Part shown: piece by piece, positions 25,742 through 39,245 of the stretch
Numbering within the stretch: position 1 is the stretch's first letter
Layout of the letters: each line of letters opens with the position of its first letter
NCBI GenBank assembly: GCA_964016885.1
Contig: OZ024761.1
Location: forward strand, 4,774,001 to 4,838,000
Direction of reading: 5' to 3'
Length of the DNA: 64,000 nt
Origin: Eledone cirrhosa
Taxonomy: Eukaryota
The notes under the pieces: model-generated
Told to the model about the DNA's origin: nothing
The model's database searches: none
The model's input: only the letters and a program-made list of their open reading frames with translations
Translations under genes and position numbers: made by a program

Positions 25742-26370
25742 CTAGCTGAGTAGCCCGTCGTTACTGGGCAATAATCACAATAGTATGACTTTATTTCAAT
25801 TTTTTTATGCCATGTCTCTCCCGAAGGGTAGTCCCCTTGATGAGAACGGATTTCTTTATTAATCGGGTCAATTACAATGTTTGTATAAACAATGTTAGTT
25901 GTCTTTCTATCTGGTGCAGAGATGTAGAGATTTTCTTCACTTCCTACTCTTGAACATCCAACGTAATCTGAGCATGGGTGAAGCAGGGCTCTTCAACATG
26001 TCAACCAGAAACTGAAAATGTTTGTCTTTGTGATTTGTTGATGGTCATGGCAAAACTAAGACTCACTAGAAATCGAAGTTGTTTGAATTGAAATAGGACA
26101 TCAGAGGGGATAAGAGGAATTCTTGAAAAGAAGCCTTCCTCTCCCCTACCACATCCTGTTGAAATGGTGGCTTGAATCATGTGTAGATACATATTTTTCA
26201 CAACCAGTCGAGTGCCATTGCATAGCCTTGGAGGGTCCAAATTCCTCAATAACATGATGGGTCTTCCTTCTTTATGGTGAAAGACATGTGGAGGCATTTC
26301 TGGTGGTTCTAAAGAGTTGAGAAACTCTGTCAGGTAATTAACAGCTCCTGACAGTTCCACCACAGTTCCA
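25742..26370 (-). mobile_element. Helitron 3' fragment (PIF1 helicase C-terminus and intact 3' terminus) in transferrin intron 1
   Basis: PIMLLRNLDPPRLCNGTRL..RIPLIP..FAMTINKSQ. The minus-strand end has hairpin GCCC-AGTAACGAC-GGGC, then CTAG followed by T. Confidence 0.88.
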
Positions 26371-26520
26371 CCACAGTTCAATAGAGCTTGGAAACCTTTG
26401 GAATTGATCCCATTGCTAATACTATCTATTGGTCGCCCGGTCTGGGAATCGAAATCACAACCTCGCCATTGCGAAACCGATTCTCTAACCACTCAGCAAC
26501 ACGCCTTCACATTACCATAC

Positions 26521-26718
<198 letters not shown>

Positions 26719-26785
26719 GATGACTGCGCCCTCGTTATCGAGTATGGTCATTGCACGATATAATATTATTAGTAATTATTAATTA

Positions 26786-27070
26786 ATTCTATCGTGCAAT
26801 GCCTGTGCGTGAAGAATTTTTAAAGTGAGGAAATACTGTGCACTGAGCCAATCCCACTCTCTGAGCTACAGTAGCTATAACCCGAAAAGAAGAAAAGATC
26901 AACATCATCGGTAACTACTGAGCCGCAGGTTTTATGTCGGAGTTATCCCAGTTTCCTGAGTTGCCTTCTCCTAGAAGAATGCCCTGACAAAGGCTAGGGG
27001 TCCTTCACTCCCAGTGGTTTAACCGCGCGATCGAATATCCAGCGCGACTATTTCTATGACCCCCGAACCA
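26786..27070 (-). mobile_element. Short RTE-5'UTR-related non-autonomous element (second copy at 40685-40970, +)
   Basis: Two dispersed homologous copies in opposite orientation. Shares the CCTAGCCTTTGTCA...TCTAGGAGAAGG motif with the element above. Confidence 0.6.
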
Positions 27071-27160
27071 ACATACATACATGCATGCATACATACATAC
27101 ATACATACATACATACATACATACATACATACATACATACATACATACATACATACATAC

Positions 27161-27624
27161 ATGGTGGCTGCCAACTCGTTTTCGATTACGGCCACTACTT
27201 TATATCCACGTAGGAGAACCCCTACCGATGCGCTGAACGAGTGTGACTTTTTAGTCCAGCCAGCGACTTGAAAACTCTGGCACAAACACTACACTTGTGA
27301 CAATTATTGACACATAGTGCTGGGCCCATTGTACCATGTGACGACAAGTGCAGAGAGATCTCCACATAGTGCTGGGCCCATTGTACCATGTGACGACAAG
27401 TGCAGAGAGATCTCCACATATAAAGCAATGCCTGTGCCGTGAAGCTTTTATAGTGAGCAAAGGCACTGCACAAAGCCAGTCCCACTCTCTTAACCAAGAT
27501 GATATTTACCAAAAAGAAGAACAAGTCAACATCATTGGATACCATCAGGGTTCCAGGTTTTATATCAGAGTTTTCCTTCTCCTAGAATTCTGCCTTGACA
27601 AAGGCTAAGGGGTCATCTCTCCCG
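27161..27624 (-). mobile_element. 5'-truncated copy of the bipartite RTE-derived element, with an internal duplication of about 54 bp
   Basis: Near-identical to 11901-12312; (TACA)n on both flanks. Confidence 0.7.
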
Positions 27625-27665
27625 AATACATACATACATACATACATACATACATACATACATAC

Positions 27666-28066
27666 AAAGCCCCAATAATAAACACATTAAAAGCTACAGC
27701 AATGTGGAAGACATACATATGCATAATATGAAAGAATACTGGTGGAATATTCCAGTAAAACCCCAATAAAATGCAGGCATAACAGACCAGATATTATGAT
27801 ATGGGACAGGAAAAAGAAGGCATGCACAGTAGTGGAAGTTAGATGCCCAGCAGATGCCAATATAATATTAAAGATTAGCGAAAAAGAGAATATTTAACTG
27901 ATGAGAAATCTGCATATATTTTACCCTGACTATACCTTCAGATTTATGCCTGTGATTATTGGGGCACTGGGATATGTTAGTAACTGCCTCAATACAAATC
28001 TTGAGAAGCTGGGTTTCACAGGAACAGAAAGAACACAACTAGTTAGGAAATTACAAGTACAATATT
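27666..28066 (+). mobile_element. Short endonuclease-domain fragment of the second R4/Dong-like family (transferrin intron 1)
   Basis: Homologous to about 37170-37566 (EYWWN, HNRPDIMIWD, FMPVIIGALG); preceded by (TACA)n. Confidence 0.85.
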
Positions 28067-28512
28067 TGAAAAAAAAAATGGTCATGCATCATGTCCCTTT
28101 CTTCTTTCTTTCTTTTTTTATCTCTTTCCCTTATACAGTTATATATTCTATCATCTCTATCTTGCTCTTCCTTCTTTTTATCTTCATCTTTTTATCTTTT
28201 TCCCTTTTCTCTTCTATTTAGCTCTCTCTCTCTTTTGTTTTTTTTTCTATAACACGGATATTTACATATTTAAATATTTAACATTTATATACTTATATGT
28301 TTTTTTATTTTTTTTATTTATTTATTCTATACTTTCTCCTACTCAGCCACTCCTAATACTTATTTCTCGCTACTTACCCCTCTCCATCATATTTAGTTTG
28401 TCACACTTTTACTTGTGGTATATAAATATTGAGTTTTGTTGTAATAAATCACTTCCAAGACTGGAATTGAACCATCAGCACAGTTGAGGTATTTCGTACA
28501 TCAATTTATGTA

Positions 28513-28574
28513 TTTTATCTGATGAGGACGTACTGAAAAAACAGCACAATACCTCCGAAATATATATAATAAAA
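28513..28574 (+). ncRNA. Minimal type I hammerhead ribozyme, sense strand in transferrin intron 1
   Basis: UUUUAU-CUGAUGA-gga..ucc-GAAA-UAUAUAUA-AUAAAA; paralog at 42933. Confidence 0.72.
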
Positions 28575-28719
28575 CATATATTTTGATTATGTGAATGTAT
28601 CCATTTCTTAATATTTTGAATAATATTAATAACTCCATGAAACTTCATTGTTGAGTGCTTTTAATCTATTGTAAAACTATATTCATTGAGTAATCAATGA
28701 ACCTTGTTTAACATTTGGT

Positions 28720-28838
<119 letters not shown>

Positions 28839-29425
28839 TATATTATATTTTGAGAATAAACTCTCAGTCGTTTACAATAATCCAGCTCCAAGAAAAGGGA
28901 CATTTCCGAGCAGTTAAATACATTAAAATATATGATAAACACAAAATATAATATAGTATATTGCTCCTTAACTGTAGAGCTGATCTTTAATCCCGCATAA
29001 ACGGCTGTTATTTCTAGCACCGGGAATGCGGGACGGCTAATTTGGCCTGGCTGCACACGTGTAGTCAGACCTGCTAAATCTTTGATGTGAAATATACTAA
29101 TTTTACTGGGTTCCTGTTGATAAGCACAGAAGATTTGGATATTTCACTTTTTATTTCAATTCCATTTCGATTCTCTTTATTTTTCAATTCACGTACCACC
29201 GTTGCGAAACGGATTTAGGTTTCGAGGTTCAAATTCGTCTACAGAACAGGTTTGGATTTTGAAATTTAAATTTGTCCAGGAATCATGGCCTTTGCCAATA
29301 TAAGCTTGTCTTTATTGACTTATATCGAGACAGACAAATTGTATTCACTTTAATTAGTTTATTTCATTAATAGCTAACTTTGTCTGTTGCAATGTAAACA
29401 CATTTCGTGTTTATCATATATTTTA

Positions 29426-29549
<124 letters not shown>

Positions 29550-29579
29550 GTTTTATCATCTCCTACTTTGATGTTCCAG

Positions 29580-29766
29580 TGATTGCTGTACCAACTATAC
29601 CAATGCTTTGCGTGACATCAATGGCAGAACTACAAAAGTGTAAGACCTTTCACAACATCATGTGTTTGATAGGCTCCGATGCTCTGGATTGTATGAAGAA
29701 AATCAGTGGAAGCCCATTGCATGGTGTAACTTCCCTTGATGGCGGATATATTTACAGAGCCGGAAA
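29580..29766 (+). CDS. Monolobal transferrin, coding exon 2
   Basis: Acceptor ttccAG| at 29579, donor |GTAAG at 29767 (phase 2). Encodes LCVTSMAELQKC...C...DCMKKI...SLDGGYIYRAGK, the transferrin N-terminal motif including the iron-ligand Asp (D73). Confidence 0.92.
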
Positions 29767-30580
29767 GTAAGATTTAAAAAAAATTAAATTTCATCTATAT
29801 ATAAATTTCTGCGATTCTGTCACAACATATAAAGAGAGAGGTGTAGTTTGACTACCTCATACTACCCCTCTCTCTTTACCTCTGCTGCCTGTGTACAACA
29901 TGTAAAGAGAGAGGAGTAGTTTGACTACCTCATACTACTCCTCTCTCTTTACCTCTACTGCCTGTGTACAACATATAAAGAGAGGGGAGTAGGTTGACTA
30001 CCTCATACTACTCCTCTCTCTTTACCTCTGCTGCCTGTGTGAATGTATGTGTGTGTAAAAGGGAGGAAGGGGTGGTGAAAAAACTATAGCAAAATAATGG
30101 ATGGCGTTCCATTTGTTATGCTGTGTGTATGTGTGAATGTATGTGTGTGTTTGTGTGAATGTATGTGTTTGTGTAAATGTATGTGTTTGTGTGAATGTAT
30201 GTGTGTGTTTGTGTGAATGTATGTGTTTGTGTGAAAGAGTGTGTGTTTGTGTGAATGTATGTGTTTGTATGAATGTATGTGTGTGTGCTTGTGTGAATGT
30301 ATGTGTGTGTGTGTGTGAATGTATGTGTGTTTGTGTGAATGTATGTCTGAGTGTGTATTTTTGTGTGTCTGTGTCTGCATGTTTATATTTATATATTCAT
30401 ACATATAAATGTATACATATGTACATACACACACACATACATACACACACACACACATACACACACATCCACACGCACGAATACACACACTCAACCAAAG
30501 TTACCGACCCTTACACACACACACACACACACACAAATACACACACAAATACATACACTCCACCCAAGCTACCGGCCCTT

Positions 30581-30660
<80 letters not shown>

Positions 30661-30763
30661 ACACTCTTCCCAAGCTACCGGCCCTTACACACACACACAC
30701 ACGTACACACACACTTCCCAAGCTACCGGCCGTTCTGTCTAAGAGATCATTCTTGTTTTGTAG

Positions 30764-30882
30764 GTGTTATGGCCTGAAACCAATTTTGGCTGAAAAATAT
30801 AACAACATGCCTGGTGGAAAGGGTTACTATGCAGTAGCTGTAGCCAAGAAAAGTTCCCACGTCACTATCAACACTCTAGAAG
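30764..30882 (+). CDS. Monolobal transferrin, coding exon 3
   Basis: Acceptor ttttgtAG| at 30763, donor |GTCAG at 30883 (phase 1). Encodes CYGLKPILAEKY...GYYAVAVAKKS, the transferrin YYAVAV signature (ligand Y103). Confidence 0.93.
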
Positions 30883-31129
30883 GTCAGCCATTTTACGATA
30901 CTAACATTTCAACATTTGGCGGTATCGATGGCAACGGTAATTGTCATTATCGGTAGAGAGTCGGACACCATGCCTTGCAGCATAGAGCTACGGCCCTTTA
31001 TGGTCTGAGTTCAAATCCCGCCGAGGTTAACTTTGCCTTTCATCCTTACGGGGTCGATAAAATAAAGTACCAGTAATACACTGGGGGTAATTTCTGGTAC
31101 TTTATTGTTGTGGTCTATATTTGAATGCA

Positions 31130-34100
31130 ACATTATAGTCAGAACTTCCAATAAGTGACATTATAGTCAGAACTTCCAATAAGTGACATTATAGTTAGAA
31201 CTTCCAATAAGTGACTCTATAGTCAGAACTTCCAATAAGTGACATTATAGTCAGAACTTCCAATAAGTGACCTTATAGTTAGAACTTCCAATAAGTGACA
31301 TTATAGTCAGAACTTTCAATAAGTGACATTATAGTCAGAACTTCCAATATGTGACATTATAGTCAGAACTTCCAATAAGTGACACTATAGTCAGAACTTC
31401 CAATAAGTGACCTTATAGTTAGAACTTCCAATAAGTGACATTATAGTCAGAACTTCCAGTAAGTGACAATATAGTCAGAACTTCCAAAAAGTGACATTAT
31501 AGTCAGAACTTCCAATATGTGACATTATAGTCAGAACTTCCAATAAGTGACACTATAGTCAGAACTTCCAATAAGTGACACTATAGTCAGAACTTCCAAT
31601 AAGTGACATTATAGTCAGAACTTCCAATAAGTGACACTATAGTCAGAACTTCCAATAAGTGACACTATAGTCAGAACTTCCAATAAGTGACATTATAGTC
31701 AGAACTTCCAATAAGTGACATTATAGTCAGAACTTCCAATAAGTGACATTATAGTCAGAACTTCCAACAAGTGACACTATAGTCAGAACTTCCAATAAGT
31801 GACACTATAGTCAGAACTTCCAATAAGTGACATTTTAGTCAGAACTTCCAATATGTGACAATATAGTCAGAACTTCCAATAAGTGACACTATAGTCAGAA
31901 CTTCCAATAAGTGACATTATAGTCAGAACTTCCAATAAATGACATTATAGTCAGAACTTCCAATAAGTGACATTATAGTCAGAACTTCCAATAAGTGACA
32001 CTATAGTCAGAACTTCCAATAAGTGACACTATAGTCAGAACTTCCAATAAGTGACATTTTAGTCAGAACTTCCAATATGTGACAATATAGTCAGAACTTC
32101 CAATAAGTGACACTATAGTCAGAACTTCCAATAAGTGACATTATAGTTAGAACTTCCAATAAGTGACATTATAGTCAGAACTTCCAATATGTGACATTAT
32201 AGTTAGAACTTCCAATGAGTGACATTATAGTCAGAACTTCTTATAAGTGAAATTATAGTCAGAACTTCCAATAAGTGACATTATAGTTAGAACTTCCAAT
32301 AAGTGACATCATAGTCAGAATTTCCAATAGGTGACACTATAGTCAGAACTTCCAATAAGTGACATTATATTCAGAACTTCCAATAAGTGACATTATAGTC
32401 AGAACTTCCAATAAGTGACATTATAATCAGAACTTCCAATACGTGACACTATAGTCAGAACTTCCAATAAGTGACATTATAGTCAGAACTTCCAATAAGT
32501 GACATTATAGTAAGAACTTCCAATAAGTGACATTATAGTCACAACTTCCAATAAGTGACACTATAGTCAGAACTTCCAATAAGTGACATTATAGTCAGAA
32601 CTTCCAATACGTGACACTATAGTCAGAACTTCCAATAAGTGACATTATAGTCAGAACTTCCAATAAGTGACACTATAGTCAGAACTTCCAATAAGTGACA
32701 TTATAGTCAGAACTTCCAATAAGTGACACTATAGTCAGAACTTCCAGTAAGTGACATTATAGTCAGAACTTCCAATAAGTGACACTATAGTCAGAACTTC
32801 CAATAAGTGACATTATAGTCAGAACTTCTAATAAGTGACATTGTAGTCAGAACTTCCAATAAGTGACATTATAGTTAGAACTTCCAATAAGTGACACTAT
32901 AGTTAGAACTTCCAATAAGTGACATTATATTCAGAACTTCCAATAAGTGACACTATATTTAGAACTTCCAATAAGTGACACTATAGTCAGAACTTCCAAT
33001 AAGTGACACTATAGTTAGAACTTCCAATAAGTGACATTATAGTCAAAACTTCCAATAAGTGACACTATAGTCAGAACTTCCAATAAGTGACATTATAGTC
33101 AGAACTTCCAATAAATGACATTATAGTCAGAACTTCCAATAAGTGACATTATAGTCAGAACTTCCAATAAGTGACACTATAGTCAGAACTTCCAATAAGT
33201 GACACTATAGTCAGAACTTCCAATAAGTGACATTTTAGTCAGAACTTCCAATATGTGACAATATAGTCAGAACTTCCAATAAGTGACACTATAGTCAGAA
33301 CTTCCAATAAGTGACATTATAGTTAGAACTTCCAATAAGTGACATTATAGTCAGAACTTCCAATATGTGACATTATAGTTAGAACTTCCAATGAGTGACA
33401 TTATAGTCAGAACTTCTTATAAGTGAAATTATAGTCAGAACTTCCAATAAGTGACATTATAGTTAGAACTTCCAATAAGTGACATCATAGTCAGAATTTC
33501 CAATAGGTGACACTATAGTCAGAACTTCCAATAAGTGACATTATATTCAGAACTTCCAATAAGTGACATTATAGTCAGAACTTCCAATAAGTGACATTAT
33601 AATCAGAACTTCCAATACGTGACACTATAGTCAGAACTTCCAATAAGTGACATTATAGTCAGAACTTCCAATAAGTGACATTATAGTCAGAACTTCCAAT
33701 AAGTGACATTATAGTCAGAACTTCCAATAAGTGACACTATAGTCAGAACTTCCAATAAGTGACATTATAGTCAGAACTTCCAATACGTGACACTATAGTC
33801 AGAACTTCCAATAAGTGACATTATAGTCAGAACTTCCAATAAGTGACACTATAGTCAGAACTTCCAATAAGTGACATTATAGTCAGAACTTCCAATAAGT
33901 GACACTATAGTCAGAACTTCCAGTAAGTGACATTATAGTCAGAACTTCCAATAAGTGACACTATAGTCAGAACTTCCAATAAGTGACATTATAGTCAGAA
34001 CTTCTAATAAGTGACATTGTAGTCAGAACTTCCAATAAGTGACATTATAGTTAGAACTTCCAATAAGTGACACTATAGTTAGAACTTCCAATAAGTGACA

Positions 34101-34260
34101 TTATATTCAGAACTTCCAATAAGTGACACTATATTTAGAACTTCCAATAAGTGACACTATAGTCAGAACTTCCAATAAGTGACACTATAGTTAGAACTTC
34201 CAATAAGTGACATTATAGTCAAAACTTCCAATAAGTGACACTATAGTCAGAACTTCCAAT
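31130..34260. repeat. 28 bp satellite, about 112 copies, in transferrin intron 3
   Basis: Unit TATAGTCAGAACTTCCAATAAGTGACAT. Confidence 0.97.
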
Positions 34261-34943
34261 CTGCGAGCGAAGATTCAATGAAAGCCACCAGGTGTCTTTG
34301 AATGAGAAAAGACCTATTCGTGGGCGATTGCTGCTGGGATGCAATTTAAAAACAAAAATGTTATATTACAAAATCCCTCTAAATTCCTGTTTCCCCGGTC
34401 CAGTCTTTCACGTGCAGAGGCCCTAATCTATATGAAATTTGAAGCCCTTCCCTAGAAAATATTATTATAACTTTTCATATAAATTTTAATGATAAAGAAT
34501 AAATAATTAATGTTTAATAATTAAAAATATATAAAATAAAAATATATTTTTAAAACTGAGACCCCTCTGGGGTGTGAGGCCAAAGGCTATAGCTTGTAGG
34601 TAAAACCAGCTATGATTACCAGTATGGGACCCCTGCTAGGATGTGAGGCCCAAAGCTATAGTTTATCTAGTTTATAGGTAAACCCAGCTCTGATTACCAG
34701 TATGGGACCCCTGCTGGGATGTGAGGCCCAAAGCTATAGTTTATCTAGTTTATAGGTAAGCCCAGCTTTATTATTTTCAAAAGGATTTGGAAATTATAGG
34801 CTGTGTCTTTCATTTCACATAGAGTTATAAATTATCTTTCATTTCACATAGAGTTATAAAATTGTTGAAGACGAGGTCTTGGAATGTTTCTCCTCAAGAA
34901 TGTTATTGATATTTCTTTGATATCTAATATTTTCTCTCTAGAA

Positions 34944-35509
34944 CAACGTTTCTAAACCAGTGTTCTTCTGAAGCCTACGGGCCAGCAATAAGTCGCTAGG
35001 GGTTCCGTGAGAAACTCTGATAAATAAGCTAATACATTTTTGAGTAATTTCATATTCATAATTTTACCACACACGTACGACATATTGTTGGAAGATCCTT
35101 GGTTATCCCAAGAAAATATATTATGTTTACCACGTGACTAAATAAAAATATTAAATATTAATAATGGTATATAATAATTGTTATGCAGGAGTTCCCAGGT
35201 CACATGAAAACTATTTCAAAGGATGTGAAGGCGTATGGCTTAGTGGTTAGAACATTGGACTTGCAATAGAAAGGTTGTGAGTTCATTTCTCGGACTGGGT
35301 GATGTGTTGTTTCCTTGATGTGTTTATTTCACGTTGCTCCAGTTTACTCAGCTGTAGAAATGAGATGATAGGACTGGGGTCCCTATCATTAAATTACCCA
35401 AGACACCTCCAACGAGATATACTTGGAGGAGGCCAGTTAAACTTGCATAGGTGTGAGCTGTCACACACACACACTACACATACAAGGTTAAAAAGGCTGG
35501 GAAACGCTG
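34944..35509. mobile_element. hAT (Charlie-like) MITE with a nested SINE fragment, transferrin intron 3
   Basis: TIRs CAACGTTTCTAAAC / GCTGGGAAACGCTG; 8-bp TSD CTCTAGAA (34936-34943) / TTCTAGAA (35510-35517). Confidence 0.7.
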
Positions 35510-35599
35510 TTCTAGAATGTTCCTGATATTTATTTGGTATCTAACGTTTTCACAAAATATTCCCATATTCTATATTCCTTGTCTTTATTTCCTATCTAG

Positions 35600-36192
35600 G
35601 TAAGAAATCTTGTCACACTGGTCTGAATAAAACTGCCGGATGGTTTATCCCAATGAGTGTTTTATTTAGTGATAAAAACAACCAGTTAGAACAAGCCTCG
35701 AATTTCTTCACTGCTAGCTGTGTGCCCGGAGCAATGAGCGGTACAAATATGTGTATGTTGTGTACTCCAAACTGCAAACGGAACAGTGATAACCTTTACT
35801 ACGGGTACGATGGAGCAGCTAGATGCCTGAAAGAGACTGACGCCGATGTTGCCTTTGTGAAGCATACAACATTCCTGAACGAGGCTGACAAGGGTAACTA
35901 TGAGCTACTGTGTCGGGATGGTACCACTGCAAACATTGACGATTATGAAACCTGTCATTTAGCCGCAACTCCTTCTCATGCTATTGTCGGCCGCAACAGC
36001 TTAAGCTCCGATGTAATTATAGACATTTTTTATAATTTTGATAGCATAGGCGACGAATTACTATTTTCTACGCAATACGGTAAAAACCTGATATTTTCCG
36101 ACAACACTGATTACTTGATGGCGCAAAACACCTCATACATAGACTTTTTAGGTCCCCAATACATGAACGCCCTGCCAGAAGTTTCATGTTAA
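35600..36192 (+). CDS. Monolobal transferrin, coding exon 4 (terminal)
   Basis: Acceptor tatctAG| at 35599. Encodes GKKSCHTGLNKTAGW, SCVPG, YYGYDGAARCL, DVAFVKH, YELLCRDG, CHLAATPSHAIV, KNLIFSD and ends VSC-stop. The spliced CDS (58+187+119+593=957 nt) stays in frame. Confidence 0.95.
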
Positions 36193-36367
36193 GATACCAA
36201 CGACTTTTGGTACTTCAATATATTAATGGAAATATCAGAAATGTGATGTAACATCTCATTTACTTAACTATAATAGAAATATCAGAAATGTAATGTAACA
36301 TCTTATAGACTCCAATCATAGAAAACTATTCATTATAACTTTTACATTTCTTAATTTTTTTTACGGA

Positions 36368-36373
36368 AATAAA
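36368..36373 (+). terminator. Polyadenylation signal of the transferrin gene
   Basis: AATAAA about 175 nt after the stop codon, followed by T/GT-rich sequence. Confidence 0.6.
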
Positions 36374-36491
36374 TTTTTCTATTTATTCTATATCACGTGT
36401 CGTTTTGTTATACATACATTCATACATACATACATACATACATACATACATACATACATACATACATACATACATACATACATACATACAT

Positions 36492-37850
36492 ACACCGGAA
36501 ACTTACACATCAACAGTGACATAGACCGCCTTTACTTGAAACGTAAGCAGGGAGGCAGAGGCCTAACATCAGTCCAGACAACATTTGCATGTCGCATCAT
36601 ATCTCTCCGACAACATCTACGAACCTCAACGCGTAGGAGCCCGTTTCTCGGGCATGAAACAGATAATATCACGAAACAGATCACGAAACAGATAAGATCA
36701 CGAGAGTTGGGAAGGAACTCCTCGAGAGATATTCCCTGTGTGATAATCAAAACTCACACCCAGCGAAGTCGCTCAGCAGTATTGCAGTGAATCCGTGGAT
36801 GAAAAACTGCATGCTTATCAGCAAAAAATGATGCATGGATATGTTGCCAGGAAGCTCTAAAGTGAGAGTAATATATATAAGGAAAGTAGTCTATCTTGGA
36901 CCAACAACCGCTATATTGGCTCCCACTTTGCAGGATACGCTTTTGCAATCCAAGAACAGGAGATTAACACGAAATACTTGATTCCCAAAAGAGATAGGGA
37001 TGCAAGCAAAACACCTAGATGTGATAACAAGTGCAGACTCTGCAGAACTAACATCGAGGATATCACCCATGTCATCTGCAGCTATCCAAAGATGTCATCG
37101 CAGTACTATCTACCTATGAGGCATGATGTAGTGGCCAAAACACTGTACAATGCAGTTCGTGAAAAAGATAGCCCCGATAATAAACACATTAAAAGCTACA
37201 GCAATGTGGAAGACATCCATGTACATAATATGAAAGAGTACTGGTGGAATGTTCTAGTAAAAACCCCAATAAAATGCAGGCATAACAGACCAGATATTAT
37301 GATATGGGACAGGGAGAAGAAAGCATGCACACTAGTGGAAATTAGCTGCCCAGCAAATATAATATCAAAGATTAGCGAAAAGGAGAATATGTATGCAGAA
37401 CTGATGAGAAATCTGCAGATATTCCACCCTGATTACACCTTCAGATTTATGCCTCTGATTATTGGGGCACTGGGGTATGTTAGTAACTGCCTCAATACAA
37501 ATCTTGAGAAGCTGGGCTTCACAGGAACAGAAATAACACAACTAGTTAGGAAATTACAAGTACAATCCATTAATGGAACAGCAAAAATATGTAAAACATT
37601 CCAAAACTTTTGCATCTAATAACTGCATATACACATGTACAGATACAAAGCATATACACATGCACACATACAACTCAAAACAGCCACATCCACACATACA
37701 ATAACATCCATATCTACACATGCATGCATGCATACATAATCTACCTAGTTGATCTTGTGTAAATTCCAATGAGAGAGTCTTGTGTCTATGTTAGAAACCG
37801 ACTCTCTCTCTATTGGGAAAAAATTTGTGAAATTATAAAACCAGAAGGAC
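36492..37850 (+). mobile_element. 3' portion of the second R4/Dong-like family (CCHC + endonuclease + 3'UTR)
   Basis: Starts at [24 protein letters not shown]; CRLC..HVIC, RHD, RPDIMIWD, VEISCP. (TACA)n at the 5' side and CATACATA at the 3' side. Confidence 0.88.
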
Positions 37851-38156
37851 ATACATATATAGATAGATAGACTATCCAGGAAAAACTTGAACCGTTAAGA
37901 TCTTCTTCCTGGATATGTCAATACTTATAAAACAAACTTTGTATTTTATTTGATGAGAGCGTACCGACGTTTTGGTACCCTTAAAATATATATAATAGAA
38001 TAAATATGGTTTTATAAATATATTTTCCATTTATTTAATATCATTGAATATTATACTCCAGAAAAACTGTCGAGTGCTTTGAATCAGTTATAAACATTTA
38101 TATTTGTTGAATTACCAACAAATTAAATATCCCTTTTGCTTATATATATATATATG

Positions 38157-38187
<31 letters not shown>

Positions 38188-38192
38188 ATATG

Positions 38193-38223
<31 letters not shown>

Positions 38224-38317
38224 ATGTATATGTATGTATATATATATATATGTATATGTATGTATATATATATATATATGTATATGTATGTATATATATA
38301 TATATGTATGTATATAT

Positions 38318-38349
<32 letters not shown>

Positions 38350-38356
38350 GTATATG

Positions 38357-38393
<37 letters not shown>

Positions 38394-38394
38394 G

Positions 38395-38448
<54 letters not shown>

Positions 38449-38510
38449 TGTGTATATATATATATAGATGTATATATATATATATATATAGATGTATATA
38501 TATATATATA

Positions 38511-38609
<99 letters not shown>

Positions 38610-38650
38610 TAATCAAATATTTAAAATTTGGCTTCGTTTATTAAAGATGT

Positions 38651-38705
38651 ACTGCTATATATATTTCGCTGACAGCCATCATTGGCTGTGACCTCTTCAG
38701 GCAGT
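38651..38705 (-). ncRNA. Minimal type I hammerhead ribozyme
   Basis: ACUGC-CUGAAGA-(..acagcca/uggcugu..)-GAAA-UAUAUAUA-GCAGU. Same family as 10786, with pairing-preserving changes in stem II. Confidence 0.8.
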
Positions 38706-38934
38706 CCGAATTGATGTGGTAGAGACAGGTACACATGTTGTTGAAGTGTTTTACTCCGTCAATACTCCGATATGTCCAGCTCCTGGTTGTGTTGCTAGTC
38801 CTCTGAATTCGAACAAACCAATTTTGGCGTCGTAGGACACTCTCTCCTCCCATTGGTCAGTTGTGATAACATTCCTCAGTCAAAAGTCTATAGAAATTTT
38901 TCAGAGGCAAGACAATCTGTTGTGGTTGCTTTTG

Positions 38935-39245
38935 TTAAGTACAGCGTCTACATGACCCGAAGAAGTCAGTCCTGATGTTTATTAGGCTGCTTCCACCGCT
39001 GAGTATCTCGAGGGTCTCGCTCAAACATAGTTTGCAGCTGCCAGTTCCCCCTTTATCAGGTGCTACTTTCCTGATTTTGAACCAGGCCAGAGAGTACGGG
39101 GTCTCGTCCAGCTTCAGCTTCTAGATCAGTTCGGAAAGAGCCGTACTTTTCCTTTTGTCCTCCCTATTAAAGGAATGGCGATGGTTATACCATCGGTCTT
39201 TAAAGCTCGTTGATGTGGCTCCTATGTAAAGGTGTTCAGAGTTTT
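38935..39245 (-). mobile_element. Penelope-like GIY-YIG fragment
   Basis: HLYIGATSTSFKDRWYNHRHSF..STALSELI*..CKLCLSE. Confidence 0.8.

Noticed and set aside
26001-26492. Host PIF1 helicase gene
   Set aside because: Partial, contains a stop and frameshift, and ends in a Helitron hairpin-CTAG terminus.
31130-34260. 28-bp repeat as a CRISPR array
   Set aside because: Head-to-tail monomers with no unique spacers, no cas genes, eukaryotic intron context.
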